A stretch of 63,100 nt of DNA, the filler included, from Intoshia linei (taxonomy: Eukaryota; Animalia; Orthonectida), in the NCBI GenBank assembly GCA_001642005.1. It is 6 parts of 6 records of this genome, joined end to end, with 100 filler letters (N's around TTAATTAATTAA, not from the genome) between each part and the next. Parts side by side here need not be neighbours in the genome. Positions count along the whole stretch, not along the records: positions 21,671 to 48,758 come from LWCA01000454.1; 5 more parts are not named here. One strand, written 5' to 3'. Below, piece by piece: positions 24,688-38,700 of the stretch (positions within the stretch are counted from its first letter, which is position 1; every line of letters begins with the position of its first letter). The position numbers were made by a program, and so were the translations under genes. A model generated the notes under the pieces. It did not search any database, was not told where the DNA came from, and worked only from the letters and a program-made list of their open reading frames with translations.

Positions 24688-25994
24688 ACGATTTATAAGG
24701 TGGCGTACAATTCACTAGAAAAAAAGTAAAAAAAGTGACATAAAAATATTACAAAATGTTGAATTGCAAATTATTTTCGAATGTAAATGTGAAATGTAAT
24801 TGAGTCAGTCTTTAAATTGAAAATTAAATCTAAATTGAGAATGGATATATGATTTTAAGCAATTCATAAAACAATTTATAAGCGTAAATTAAATTGTAGT
24901 TTAGTTTAGTTCAATATATTAAAAGAATGTAGGCAAAAAATATATATGTTATATATCTTTTTTCGTGTGTATCCAGTTCAAATTGAAAAAAATATTATTG
25001 GCTCAAATTAGTACCAATACATAAGTATTGTGAATTGGAATTATTATACTAAAAAGAGAACATTTCCAATAACAAAATGACCCAATTGTAAAAAAACCAT
25101 GGTTAATACAATCATTTCAAACAATTACTTTGGGTTTGGATTGATGGCCTAAAAAGCTGCACTATAAACTATAATAAACAAGCTTTAAAAATACAACATA
25201 TAGAACAAAAATTGGAGTATAGCTTACCCTGAAAAAACACAATTAGACTTTGTATCACATTAAAATGTAGTCATGTTTAAACTAAATTGAGATAGATTTG
25301 AAAAAACAATAAATTTAAAATGATAGGGTTGATTCATTTCAAAACTAAATTAAGTTATCTACTATTGTATCTAAATATCTAAATATAAATATAAAATTAA
25401 ATATACCTTGGGTCATATTCATTAAATCGGTCAATTTATTGTCGTAATTTTTGCAAAATTTATTAAAGTTTAACATTATGTTTAAATGGAAATTTTATAT
25501 TATTTGAATATTTTGTTGCTTTTAAATTTGCGTTAAATTTCTTGTGATTAAATCAGTTGAACACGATTTACTTTGCAAAGCAACATGACAACATTGCTAA
25601 GTATTACAGAGAAAACTAAAACGCTCCCATAGTATATTATGTATTGATGATTGATATTATACTATTTAAGATATTACTAACTGAATAATTCATGATTTCA
25701 ATATGACAATTATTTCAATATTGAAATTTTATGAATAATTTAAACTACTCAAAAACATACTTTCTTAAAAATGTTACTTAACAATTATTATTTTATCACG
25801 TTTATTAGCTGTCATGGTTTTTGCGTAACACTAGCAAATAAATTAATACAAACATTTAATTTCAAACCAAAAAATTGAAAAAAATTTGTTGGTAAAAATT
25901 TATATTTGCATTTTATTTTTTAATCAATACTTTATTACCATATTTATATTACAGTTAGGAATTTTTTATAGTTCTATCCAAGTAGAGCTGTAAT

Positions 25995-28900
25995 ATGAAA
26001 TCTAATGAAGATAAACATAATCCTCATGATTGTCCAGATTTTTCACCAGATAACGAATTATACCCAATCAATGTTTTAGCAGATGAACTTACTAGTGATG
26101 ATATGCAGGTTTTTATTTTTTGTTAATTTAGTATAATATTTTTAAAGATTAAAATTCAATCAATTAATAATCTTGAAACTATTGCTCTAGCTCTAGGGAC
26201 TCAAAAAACTAGAGATGAATTGATACCTTTTCTACTAGGTAATATTTATAACAAGTTAACGTCCAGGAGTAGCTGGGTTAAGACGTTTTCAATGAATACA
26301 AATACTCAAATATACGTGAAAATTCTTACATTTAAATAAATATCATACCATTGTTCAATTTCTCCAATTTTATAGAGTAACAATGAACTATTAACTGCTT
26401 GAACCAAGGTATTCGTGTCTGCAATTATTTTTAGTATCTTGGAATTGTTTTTTTAAATTTTAAAAAAATCGTTTAAAATGTATTGCGTTCCTAGACGGGC
26501 GCGATATGTAAAAATATGTATTTAAAAATTGACAGTTCATTATTTTAAAACTCCGTCCAGAATTTATGTTTTATTAAAATTTTGGGCTGATTTGTTTATT
26601 AATCAAAAGGGAAAATTAGGGTTTTTGTCTTGAAGGACTCAAATTCAGAAACTGAAAAATAGATATCAACACGCCCTCGATTCTACGATAATTCTACGAC
26701 TGTTAATTTTTTAAATATACGGTAACAGACATTCAATTTTATATATAAGTAAATTATTTAAATGTTAGTACATTTGTATGAGTATTAAGATATGATATAT
26801 TTGTTCATTAGAGATGCAACATTGGTATCTGTCTGTTTAAAAACAGTTTTATCAACGTTTATATATCATTTTTCATTTATTTATGTATTGAATCAGACTC
26901 TTATCGCCTTATCATTTAGTAAGTCAATTTTTTTTATTTCTTGTTAAAGCTATTAATTTTTATATTATCATTGATAATTTATCAATATATTTTTACATTT
27001 AATCAATTTTTTATTTTCAAGACGAGTTTATATTGCTATTTTATTTGATTTTATTAAAATTGAAGTTATAGAATAATTATTTGTTAGGTACCCTTTGGTT
27101 AATCTTATTAGTATAACTTGATACATTCTTGATTTGAAAGGATTAATGAAGTTGGTTGAAAACCTCTGAAAGGGATATAATAATGTCATGTTGTATCCAA
27201 AGAGTTATAATATCTATCATAATTAATATTAAATATGTTATTAATACCTGAAATTATGTATCTATCTAATGTGAAATTTGTGTTTATTTCTAACTACTTT
27301 TTAGAGTTATTATAATTAATTTAGAAAACAATGGTGGTGAAGATGAATTATTAATAGCAATCGCAGAAAAACTTGGAAACTTCAATGCTTGTCTTGGAGG
27401 AGACGAATATGCTCATTGTATTATAGTAATTATTTTATTTATAAAGATTTTCAATTAAGGTTGTCATTTTTGAAAATAATTAAGCGCGATTTTTTGTGTT
27501 ATTTTTATACATTCAAATGATTGTTGATTGCTTTCAAAGATTAACCCCAGTGCTTCCCAAGTTGTTATTTTTATCAAAATATTTGAAAAATATTGGTTGA
27601 TAATATATTAAAAATTATTTTTCATCGGGAATGCGTAGATTCCTCGGATTGAAAATTTGTATTTATATCAATTAGAATAAGCTCTATCAGAAAAATCTTG
27701 ATTTTTAATTTTCGGACCGTTAATTATTTCACATTTTTTGTTTCAATAAAATATTTCGGAAAAAAATATATGAATACTAAAATGTTTTTTTCACCGTGAA
27801 GTCATTACTTATTCGGATTGAAATTTTCTGTGTTGGTTAACAGAATACAACTGTACCACCTGTAAATTTTTTTAAATGTAAATTTATGATGATGTTTATG
27901 ATTTTAAAATTCTTATCAGCGTATATATTTTTTTAAATTTTCCAACTCGTTTGATTTTCAAAAAGAGGGACAACTGGGGTTTTTAACCCGTAAGATGTGG
28001 AATTGGGAGGTTGAAATTTATTTATTATATGCCCCGAAAAAAACTGTAATTGAAACGTGGTCTTTAAAAAATTCTAAGAGTGGTAGTTATTTCAATAAAG
28101 TTTTTGACCCGTAAGATGTGAAATTGGGAGGTTGAAATTTATCTTATTATACGGTTTTTGACCCTTAAGATGTGAAATTGGGAGGTTGAAATTTATCTTA
28201 TTATACGGGAAAAAACTGTAATTGAAATGTGGACTTTATAAAATTCTAAGACTGGTAGTTATTTCAATAAACGATAACACAAACAAATATTGCATAGTAT
28301 ATTATAATATGCTATGATTATATAAGTACATAAACAAAAATCGCTTAGCATATTATATAAGTTAGGACTAAAATAGTAACTTTAAAGTTTAAAGTATATT
28401 TTTCTGTAATTATATTAATAATTAATAATTATAATTCAAACTTTAGTTGAAATTTTTCATTATAAAAAAATTTATAAATTATTGCATTGTAGGGCACCCT
28501 TATTAAAAAAGTTTTAGAACGACTGTGATAATACACATCTTCAAAAATCTAAATATATTTAATGTATACAGTGCACCGCGAACACAAAACGTTTGTGAAG
28601 CACTGGATTAACCTCAGATAGCAAAAATCTTTTAAAACCTAATTGTCATTTTAATGTTTTTATTTAAACCCAAAAATAAAACTCCAATATTACCTCCTCT
28701 TTATATTTTTAAATTGAAATATCCTTTTTTTCTAATATTATTTTGAAAAATCCGATTTTACTAAATCTTATGAGCAACAACTTTTTAATCTCAAATAAAA
28801 GATTAAATTTTACCAACCCTCAATAAAAAATCCTATAATGAAAAAGCTTTAATTTTTTGATCAATATATTTAACGTTTCTTTTGAGTCAAAAAAAAAGAT

Positions 28901-31900
28901 ATTTTTTGAAATAGGGGCAGTACACTATTTGAACCGGGAACCACTGCATTAAAACAATGAAAAAATTTTGATTTCCATTCCATTTAACCTATATTTGTCG
29001 GTTATTTCATATAATGAATAATCAACCATTAATATCATCATTAATCAAGACGAAAATAAAATGTTTAACACATAAATTTTTTAATTTGAACCGAAAAGGC
29101 TTTAGTATAATGCAATGATGTTAAATTATGATGCTACTGTCTTTTCTCGATTATAAGAAATTTTCTTATATTCTAGAGTAGAAGGAAAAATACTTATAAT
29201 CAAAAACAACAGACTTTTAAGCAGACCTTGAAAAATATAAAAAATACACTAAAAGTTTTTTTTTAATTAGTATAAACTTATAAAAAAGACATTCTATTGT
29301 ATGAAGGAAGTTATTTTTTAGGAATAAATTGATATGTTGTCTATTTTTTGTTTAAAATTCTTTCTTTCGAATACAAGCAGAAACTGCTTATATTCAAATT
29401 TTGTTTAGTTAAAAATTTCACTGAAAATTTGTATTTCAGGGGTCTGCTTATAGTCGAGAAAAGACAGTAGTCATTTTAGGTTAAAATTCGCAGTCCGTTA
29501 AATAGAGATTAGCATGTAATTAAAGTTAATCGTCAATGGAAATAAATTTGAATTTTATTTAATTGAAGGACCATTACAGTATTTCTCAATGGGTAAACTA
29601 TAAAGGACAGCGAAAGATGCTCAGTGACTACTTGTTTATTTATAAAAATTTCAGTTGATTTACGGTACGGGGTATATGACGAATAAAAATTTTTAAAGGA
29701 TCCACCCGTTGAAAATTTGTTAATGTCTGGATTAACTTGTATTAATTTTTTTAATGTAACAAATGATTGATATTTCACCTTACAATACATTGAATTGATT
29801 GAACATGTTTAATTTCATAATGTCAATTAAGATAAGTATTATAACTAATATGATATTAGTAATATCTATCAATCAATAACTGAAATTGTAAAAATTTTGT
29901 GTTTTAAATTTGTAAGTCAATTAATTTTAATATTTTATTTGTGAATGATTACTTTAGTATCAATAATACTCACATTTAGCCCATATTTGAAAGTTTGGGA
30001 ACCGTCGAAGAAACTTTAGTCCGCGATGTGACAATAAAATCGTACAAAAAAATCCTATCCACTTTTTCACAGCATCAAATTGAAGAATATGCTGTTCCTA
30101 GTCTCAAAAGACTCATAGCTGGTAATTATTGAAATTGTTAATAACTAATGAAATTTATCAAATAGGTGAATGGTTCACTGCTAGAGTTTCAGCTGCAAAC
30201 CTTTTTCACAGTATTTATGAAAGACTTAAAGAAAACTTTCGTGGCGAATTGAGAATGTAATTTTAAATTATTGTAATAATGAAAAATAATATAATAAATA
30301 CAAATTTAAACATTATAATTTTGATTTCTTTTAGTAGCTATCGAACCTTATGCTCTGATGAAACTCCAATGGTTAGACGATGTGCCGCAAGCAATTTTAT
30401 ATTTTTCCTTAACCATATCGATGGAGCCACATTTAGATCAGATTTATTATCTAGTTACAACAGTTTGATCAAAGATGAAGAAGTAATTATAATATTGCTT
30501 ATTTAATACTTTTATAGGAAACCGTTCGAGAAAATGCCACCACGTGTCTAGCATCTATTATTAAAATTTGTTGCAATAGTGGATCTATGAATGTTTTAAT
30601 TGAAATTACAAAATTCGCTTTCGAGGGGAAAGACTGGGGTGTCAGGATTATGGGTGCTAGGGATATAATTAGTGTAATTCATTATTCCTTTAATCAGATT
30701 GATTTATTTAAAATAGATTCAAAGAGCCTTTGGAAAAACAGTGAAACCTTCACATATGATTAAATTTATGGAGTCTTGTTTAAAAGATGAAGAATCGGGG
30801 ATACGCTCCTTGGCTATACAATCATTATCAGGTTGAGTGTATTTTATCATTTAAATTTTAATACTATATAATAGACTTTTGTGAATATTTACCTGAAGAC
30901 GAACAAATTGATATAATTATTGAAACATTTTTACCCATCATGAATCAACTTTGTTTGGAACAATCCAACAACGTCAGATCATCCCTATCAATTTCTATAG
31001 CCGGAATTTCAAAAATTTTAAAAAAGGAATTGTAATGCCAATTAATGTAATTTTTTTACTCTATTTTAGAGCAATAAAACATATCTTACCAATTTGGCTT
31101 GCTTTGTTACATAATGATTCGTCCGATATTAGATTTTCCATTTTAGAAGAGATGATGAAAATGGCTAATGTAATTTATAGTTTTCATAAATTAAATTTTA
31201 ATAATTTTGTAGACGATAGGATATGATGAAATATCACAAAGAATTGTACCTATGATTGAAGAAATTTGTGCTGACCCGAAATGGCGAGTCAGACATTCTT
31301 TTCTAAAGTGTATAAAAATACTTTCAGAACATATGGTGACTAAACATTTTTCAATGTAACCATTCATTAGGGCACAAACTTTTTTAATGAATACATGGCC
31401 AATCCTTTTTTAGAAACATATCTGAATGATAGTGGTATTTGTCATTACATTATTTTGTTTACGTCTATTTTAGTACTAACAATACGAAATACAGCCGCTG
31501 AATTACTCAGTGATTTAGTTAAACCTTTTGGTGTGGTATGGGCTCAAGAGAATATTATTCCCGTTATGGTACAGCAATTAAATAATAGTACCAACTATCT
31601 CCGCAGATTGACTCTTTTATATGCTCTTAGAGTATTATGACATTTTAATTTAAAATATTTAACTGTTTAGCTTATGGCTGAATCCTGTGGATCAGAAGTG
31701 TTTTTACAATGCTTATTGCCAATAATTTTGAAATTGGGACTTGATAAAGTTTCAAATGTACGATTCAATGTATGCAAACTTCTTGAAAAACTAGCGCCTT
31801 TAATGGATTCCACGTAATTAATTAATACCCTTCACTGCTATATTTGTAGCACTATCAATACAAAGGTTAAACAATTACTGGATAATCTTGCCAAAGATGA

Positions 31901-32003
31901 TGATGATGAAGTGAAATGGTATGCAAAGTCAGCTCTGAAATGTAATACGCTAGTATATTTCAACTATTAATTTTTAGCCATGAATTTACCCCTTCCAAAA
32001 TAA
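25995..32003 (+). CDS. PPP2R1A: Protein phosphatase 2A scaffold subunit A (PR65, HEAT repeats), ~16 exons
   Basis: ELYPINVLADELTSDD...LETIALALGTQKTRDELIPFL; TVEETLVRD; GEWFTARVSAA; LCSDETPMVRR; DPKWRVR; NYLRRLT; DKVSNVRFNV; DDDDEVKWYA. Small GT-AG introns plus two TE-filled long introns. Confidence 0.92.
27548..28605. mobile_element. Buster-type hAT MITE containing a Helitron fragment (~27570-28370)
   Basis: TIRs CAGTGCTTC / GAAGCACTG. GATTAACC lies on both sides (27539-27546, one extra C, and 28606-28613). Confidence 0.6.
27985..28270. repeat. Three tandem copies of a ~45-bp unit inside the Helitron fragment
   Basis: ACCCGTAAGATGTGAAATTGGGAGGTTGAAATTTATCTTATTATA-like unit repeated at ~27986, 28107 and 28161. 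Confidence 0.8.
29137..29467. mobile_element. pogo/Tc2-like MITE in PP2A-A intron
   Basis: TA|CTGTCTTTTCTCGATTATAAG ... CTTATAGTCGAGAAAAGACAG|TA; ~21-bp TIRs and TA TSD. Confidence 0.85.
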
Positions 32004-32126
32004 CTTATCAAACCACTGTAAATCTACGTTTCATATGAATTGTTCATTTTAATTTGACTATAAAGATTTCACCTCAATAAAATTTCCTTTTAATTGTTAT
32101 ACATGTTAAAATAAATATTTGTACAA

Positions 32127-34073
32127 TTAGGATTTGGGTTGAATCACTAGTCCATCGGTATTGGATTTGCTTTCAGATTTACATAATTCCATGTGATTTT
32201 TATTATAAGTGCTTATAATTGAACGGTTTTTGGTTATTTGCTCTTTTGCATTTTCAAATTTTATTGACAGCTCCTCAATTTCTTTTAAAACGGACTGACG
32301 AGCATTCGATAGTGTGTTCATGTAGGTTTCTCGTTTTTCTTCATCTTTAAATATATAATTTAAAATTAACATTAAGCATTATTTAACGACTAATTCGAAA
32401 CCAGCCCAAAATATGGTGCATTAGAGGTAAAATTAACAAGTACCCAACTAAAATCAGCGACTCGGGGATAGTTTACATACAAGTTAAAATAAATATATTT
32501 TTTTCAGTAAAATATTTGAAATTATTTAAATGAATAATGGAATACATGGTAATGTACCGAGACCCTCGGGGATTCGATGAAACTTTTATAAAATGGCCCC
32601 TCATTTTCTCAAATATATTAAACAAATCCAGCTCAGAGAGTGATGGTTAAGAAGTATATAGCACATCCTAAAAAAATTAGAGGCCATTTTTGATTTTCTG
32701 GGACATCATGGTCAATTCGGCTCTGATAGAATGCCTTGTTTATTTTTCCATATTCCAAAATATTAAAGAAACTTAATTTCTCATTCGCCAACAAGTAGAG
32801 ATTATACACCAGAGGTTATCAACCCATTTTTCAAAAAAGCTAATATTAATTTTATTTTATCAATATAAAATAATTTATAACTATCACAGGCTAAAATTTT
32901 TTAAACAAAGACAATTTCAAATTATTAAAAATATTCAGTCACAAAAAATTTCAAAAAGGACAGTTTCACAATCACTGTTAAGACAAAACATTATGACGTT
33001 TCTGTCTAAAACTCTTAAAACAATGAAATTTTAAATTTAATCAATTATAATGTAGCAATAATTTTATCTAAAGATTTCATAAATAAATAGGCTGACCATA
33101 TTTTTGTCGTACTAAAAGTAGTACTTTTATTGCTTAGAAACAAAATATGTTTTTGATTAATTTTTGATTAGAAAAATGAACATTTAAGTTAAAGTTCAAT
33201 TTATAAGTTTATTTAGTTTTGAAAAGTTATAGTATTATCTAAATAGTCGTACTTCTGGTCGCACTAAAATAAATGAGAATTTTCATCGAAAACCTAATAA
33301 ATGTAGTTAAAATACAATTACATTTTTTTTCGCGAGCCTTGACAACATTTGAGGGTAAATCAACAAGTATTTTATGAAATGTTAACGGTGGATCACTAAA
33401 TATCTAAAGCAACAAAATGAAAATAAAAAGTAATCAAACATTACCAATTCATCATAAAATTCATATTTGTGTAATCCAGATGTAAAGATACGTTGTTGGC
33501 CAGGTGGAAATAATGTTAAATGGTGAACAAATGATACCTAAACACAATTAATAAAATAATAATTCATTCAGATCAAAGAAAATGAGTGATTCGGGTGATT
33601 ACTAAGCACCCTTCTAAACTTTAGAATCTATCGTGAAAAGAAATCTATTAAATTATGGGAATAAACAAAAAAATGCAAAAATTGATTTAACACGGCAAAG
33701 TTTTTTTCCCTGATCCAAATTAACATTTATATATATTAATTTTACAAAAATTAAAATGTACCGCTTTTTCCGTGGTCTCCGTGAAATAAATACGAATATG
33801 AATGTCAAATTCACCCCAACCAGCTTCATTTACTTGAAATGGAGGTTCATTTATGACTCTAACACTGTTTTGGTAACTTTCATGCAATTTAAAATGGACC
33901 TTTTTAATATATTTTGACACATCTTCATCGAAATATGGCTTTACATATACAGTCCACTCGTGTGTGAAACCATCGTCTCTTGTTTGACCAAAATATCTAG
34001 CTTTATTGCCGTATAAAATTGGTTTTATTATTGTTGTATTTCGCACTCGAGGATTTGGATTAGAGGTCGTCAT
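32127..34073 (-). CDS. YEATS4: YEATS domain protein 4 (GAS41/Yaf9)
   Basis: Exons 34073-33762, 33537-33445, 33403-33322, 32344-32127. KPILYGN..RYFG...THEWTVYVKPY..ED.SKYIKKVHFKLHESY...PPFQVNEAGWGEFDI; EFYDELIF; C-terminal coiled coil. Confidence 0.92.
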
Positions 34074-34371
34074 TTAATTTTTTACCATAAAATTTTATAT
34101 TTTATTTTATTTTGATGTTACTATAACTATAATATATTTGAGCCTTTATTTTTTATGATAAAGTTTATTGTGTTTTTAAATTGTAATAATTTTATTGATA
34201 AAATGTTAAAAATTTAACTGATATTGTCAAAGCATTGTTTTGATATGATCAATGATCATGGTAAAATATATATTTGTCTAGTTTCGTATTAAAAGTATTA
34301 TTAATTCGCCTAAAACTCAATAATAGAAATATTATCAAATTATAGTTACAAATTTATCTTATAATAATAAT

Positions 34372-35579
34372 GGGTCTTGTTTAGTTTAAGTCCACTCAAT
34401 ATGAACTTTTAAAATGAACAAATTCAAAATTTGAAAATTTAATTTAACTTTACGTAATGATTGTAAATGCATGTTAACATAATTAAATATTTATTATCAT
34501 TATGGCGCATGATTTAAACGACATTAATTACGATAATCTATATGAAATTGTAATGGATATAGAGAAAACAATCAAGTTTTGCAAAGCATTTAAGCTCATT
34601 AAATCAACACAAAGTTGTATAGACTGGAGGAATAATGAACTTTAACAAACAAAAAAAGTACTGATGGATACAGGTCCCGCTGTCGAAAACCATGCACAAA
34701 GGAAATGTCCATACGAATAGGTGCTTTTTTTGAGCAAAGCCATTTATCTATTCCAAAAATTCTTAAGTTTATTTATTATTGGGCGTTCAATGTTGCTTCA
34801 CTTAAACTCTTAAATAGGGAGTTAAAGATGTCATCTATAACATGTGTTGATTGGAATAACTTTATGATATTATCTTAAATGTTTTTATCTCAATGATTAT
34901 ATATTATCCAGAAATGATTGGGGTCTGCCAGTGAGGTTTAAATTGACGAAACTCAATTCTCCAAAAGAAACTACAACCGTAGACAATTATACCCAGAACA
35001 GTGGGTTTTCGGTGGAGTCGCATCGCAGTTGAAAAAGTGTTTCATTGATGCCGTACCAAACAGAACTGCGTTAGTTTTAATCAATACAATAATGTATTTT
35101 TATAATTATACTCATATTTTGTTTATTAGGGAATACATTGAACCTGGTTCCATTATTATGTCTGATGGCTGGAGATTTTATACGAGAATTTTATTATATG
35201 GCTTCGACCATGGCGTGGTAAACCACCCACAAAATTTTCTAAACCGTGACAGGTTACCACACAAATAAGATTGAATCGTTATGGGCTTCATTAAAAAGAC
35301 GAAACAAATTTACAAATTAATGTTGATAATCTAATACTTAATATAAAGTACCTATAAAAGATATATTTTAATTATAACTTTTAATGATTAAGTAATGAAA
35401 ATATGTATTTCTATACCTGAAATTAACTAATAAATATTTTCTAAAAATTCTATTTGAAATAATTACGAAAATTTGAATTATACAAATTTACTTTAATATA
35501 AAATTTAATTTTTAAATGACTGTGCTTGAAATTGTGAATAAAAATTTCATATTGAGTGGGCTTAAACTAAACAAGACCC
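34372..35579 (+). mobile_element. Merlin (ISXO2/IS1016-like) DNA transposon with degenerate transposase (~34502-35320)
   Basis: ~34-bp TIRs GGGTCTTGTTTAGTTTAAGTCCACTCAATATGAA; TSD CTTATAAT. Motifs SIRIGAFFEQSHL, IDETQFSKRNYNR, QWVFGG, VPNRTA, IEPGSIIMSDGWR.Y, H..VNH, IESLW. Confidence 0.9.
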
Positions 35580-35768
35580 CTTATAATTCATCTTTAATTC
35601 TTGCATTTTTGTTTAGTTTTGTAAGGTTTGAATCTATTTGATTGTGACTTTATAAGATGATAAAAAATTGTTAAATTTAATAATTTTTTAGTACATAAAC
35701 TGCAATTCAAAATTTCATAAATTAATAATAAACTGAAATTTATTTTTTAAAAACAATCCACGTAAACA

Positions 35769-38700
35769 ATGTTAAATATATTGAGATTTTTAAATGGTAA
35801 GTGGATTACTAGTGTCATATTTTGCCTCATTTGGATTTTAATTTCGTCGGACGAACATAACCACACTGTAAATTAAAAAAACTATTTTGATGTAAATTGT
35901 ATACATTTAGTATGAGAAGAAGGAACAGGTGATATTGTGGTACGACTCAATAATATCATACAATAATAGGTACGATAGACATGCGTATAAAATGTTGGAT
36001 ATGTGTTACGGAGATTCAGTGAGCCTTGATCATGAGCGTGATGCATTTTCCGATCAAATATTGGGTCACAATTATGAACAAAGTGGATTAAATATATCAT
36101 TTGTCAACAATGTTAAAACAAGCGAAATTTGTACTAAAAAGTTTGATTCCAGTTTGATACACAAAACTTGTTATTTGTTGAAAAACTCTTACACCCATGT
36201 TACTTCATTGGATGAACTCACTAAAACACGTAATTTATTAAACACAGAGCTTCCCAAGTGTCCGTATCTCGCGGGCCCAAACTAGAAATATTTCTTACCG
36301 ATCCCTATATTTTTGATAGTTGTTATAATTTCAGCGGACTCTGCTAGCATAACAGTCAATTTCGGGGTGATATCATTTTATAGGATTTTGGCAAATTTGG
36401 GGAATTTAGTATTTAAACAAGACTAAGAATTTAATACAATTATAGAGTAGCATGTTACAATTTCCGAATTATATTGTAACCAGAGACCCACAGTTTCCCG
36501 TGTGGACCCCTTTGGAGTCTACCGATTAAACAATTATAGATATGTCATGCTAATATACATTATTTCAATATACTACAATGTAGTTACATGACTGAACTAA
36601 TTTATTTTTAGATGCAATTGGTGAATATATAAAAGACGAATGTTACATTTATACTGATAAAATTATTACAATTGAGTACAACAAAAACGCAATTGTCGAT
36701 TATAGCATTACTCCTTCAAAATTGGAAAAATTTATCCCAGAAATACTTATCAAATTCCATTACAATGTAACTTGGATTGAAACTACTGTGGAATTTTCAC
36801 ATCGGCATGATAAGTATATTGATCATGAAACAAAGGTATTTGCTGTTTTTAGTAAACTTACATCTTTTTTAGAAAAATTTTCATTTCAGTATTTTTACCA
36901 TTTTTTTCCTTAGTCTCATCATTTTAACCATTGGTTTCATTACCTATCGATCTCTTAAAAAGGATTATCATCGATACAACTGTTCTCCTGTTAGTTTGAC
37001 GGTAATTTACATTAATTAATATTTATTGATCCCCATTTTCTATATTATTAGGAAAACTTGTGTAATTAAAATGTTTAGTGAATATTATACATGTATTTAT
37101 TATTTTAATTTAAATGGTGTGTGAGTAGTGATTGTGCTTGAGAAAAATTCCCGAGATTTTTGGAAAAAATTATTCAACAAATTAAAAAATAAATAAAAGA
37201 CGATAAAATTCAGACAAGTCAAAATAAAGATATTTTTAAGAAAATAAAATTGAATTTAAATCAAAATAGTTGATTGAACAGTCAAATTATTACAAAAAAC
37301 ATCAAATTAAATCGCATGAGTAGTATCAAATTATATATAAATAAGATGAGGAAAATAGTAAATTTACTACTAATTAATGTTTATTTAATCTAAAATTAAA
37401 TCCCTTATGGCTCCTTTGGGACGTCCTCTTTTTTTTCTCTCCGATGAAAATTGATTTTGATTCAACCAATAAATCATCATTTTCAATAAATTTAAATGCA
37501 TTGCTACCAATATTAAGTGTTTACATTTAAAATATTTTAAAAAAAATCGACAAGTACACGTTGATAGCTTCCATTCCTGATTGTTATAACATACTTCATA
37601 TTCTTGGAACATTTTTTTCATATATCCATCAAATATATTTTCATTTGTTTCCAATATTTCAATTTCAAATTTTATGACTCCTTAATCAGCAATACATTTT
37701 TATGTTCAGTGAAGAAGACAATTTTCCTTTGATATTGTTCAATTTCATTACTGAATATTAATTTTTAATCTTTGTTAATTAAAATTAATTTGACCTTAAA
37801 TGTTATTATTTGATAAATTAACTTTACTGATGCTATAACATTTAATTTGAGCACAAATCTATGTATTGTTGCTAGACGTAATAAATTGCCTTCAAATTAA
37901 ATAAAAGTATTGTCTAATTACTTTCTATTGACTGCTATTGTATTTATTTGATGGCTAATAAATCGACTGCCTAAATAAAATCCAACATTTGAAAAATATT
38001 GATTGATAATATATTAAAAATTATTTTTCACTGGCAATGCGTAGATTTCTGGGATTGAAATTTAGTATTTATATCAACTGAAATAAGCTCTATCAGAACA
38101 ATCTTTTTTTTTTAATTTCTGGATCGTTTATTATTTCACATTTTTGATTTTAATAAAATATTTCGGAAAAAAAAATATGAATACAAAAATGCTTTTTTGA
38201 CTGGAAGTCGTCACTTATTCGGATTGAATTTATTTTTTTGTGTGTTAACAGGATACAACTATACCACCTGTAAATTTTTTTAAATTCTAGGGCTGTTTTC
38301 ATAAAAAAAGGGTAATTTGTGGTTTTGGCCCTGAAGATATAATTTTTTTAAATTTTCCAACTCGTTTGATTTTCAAAAAAAAGAACAATTTGGACTTTTG
38401 ACCTGTAAGATGTGAGTTTGGGAGGTTGAAATTTATCTTATTATCACTCGGAAAAAACTGTAATTGAAATGTGAACTTTATAAAATTCTAAAACTGGTAG
38501 TTATTGAAATAAAGTGGAAGACACAAACAAATATTATATAAGTAAGAATTGGTTCATTATAATCATTTTGTTAATTTTAATAATTTTAATTTGATTTTGA
38601 AGATTTTGAGATTTCCCTGGGCTTTATTTCGTGGAATATACTAGAAAAGTTTCATTTCAGTTTAAATTGAAATGTATCATGTGTAAATTTTCAAAACCGT

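Noticed and set aside
27985-28270. Repeat-spacer-like array (CRISPR?)
   Set aside because: Eukaryotic context, no cas genes, spacers not unique; it is an internal tandem duplication of Helitron sequence.
37052-37061. Possible micro-exon in TM9SF3
   Set aside because: Available donors give 8 or 10 nt, which would break the phase-0 junction between flanking exons.
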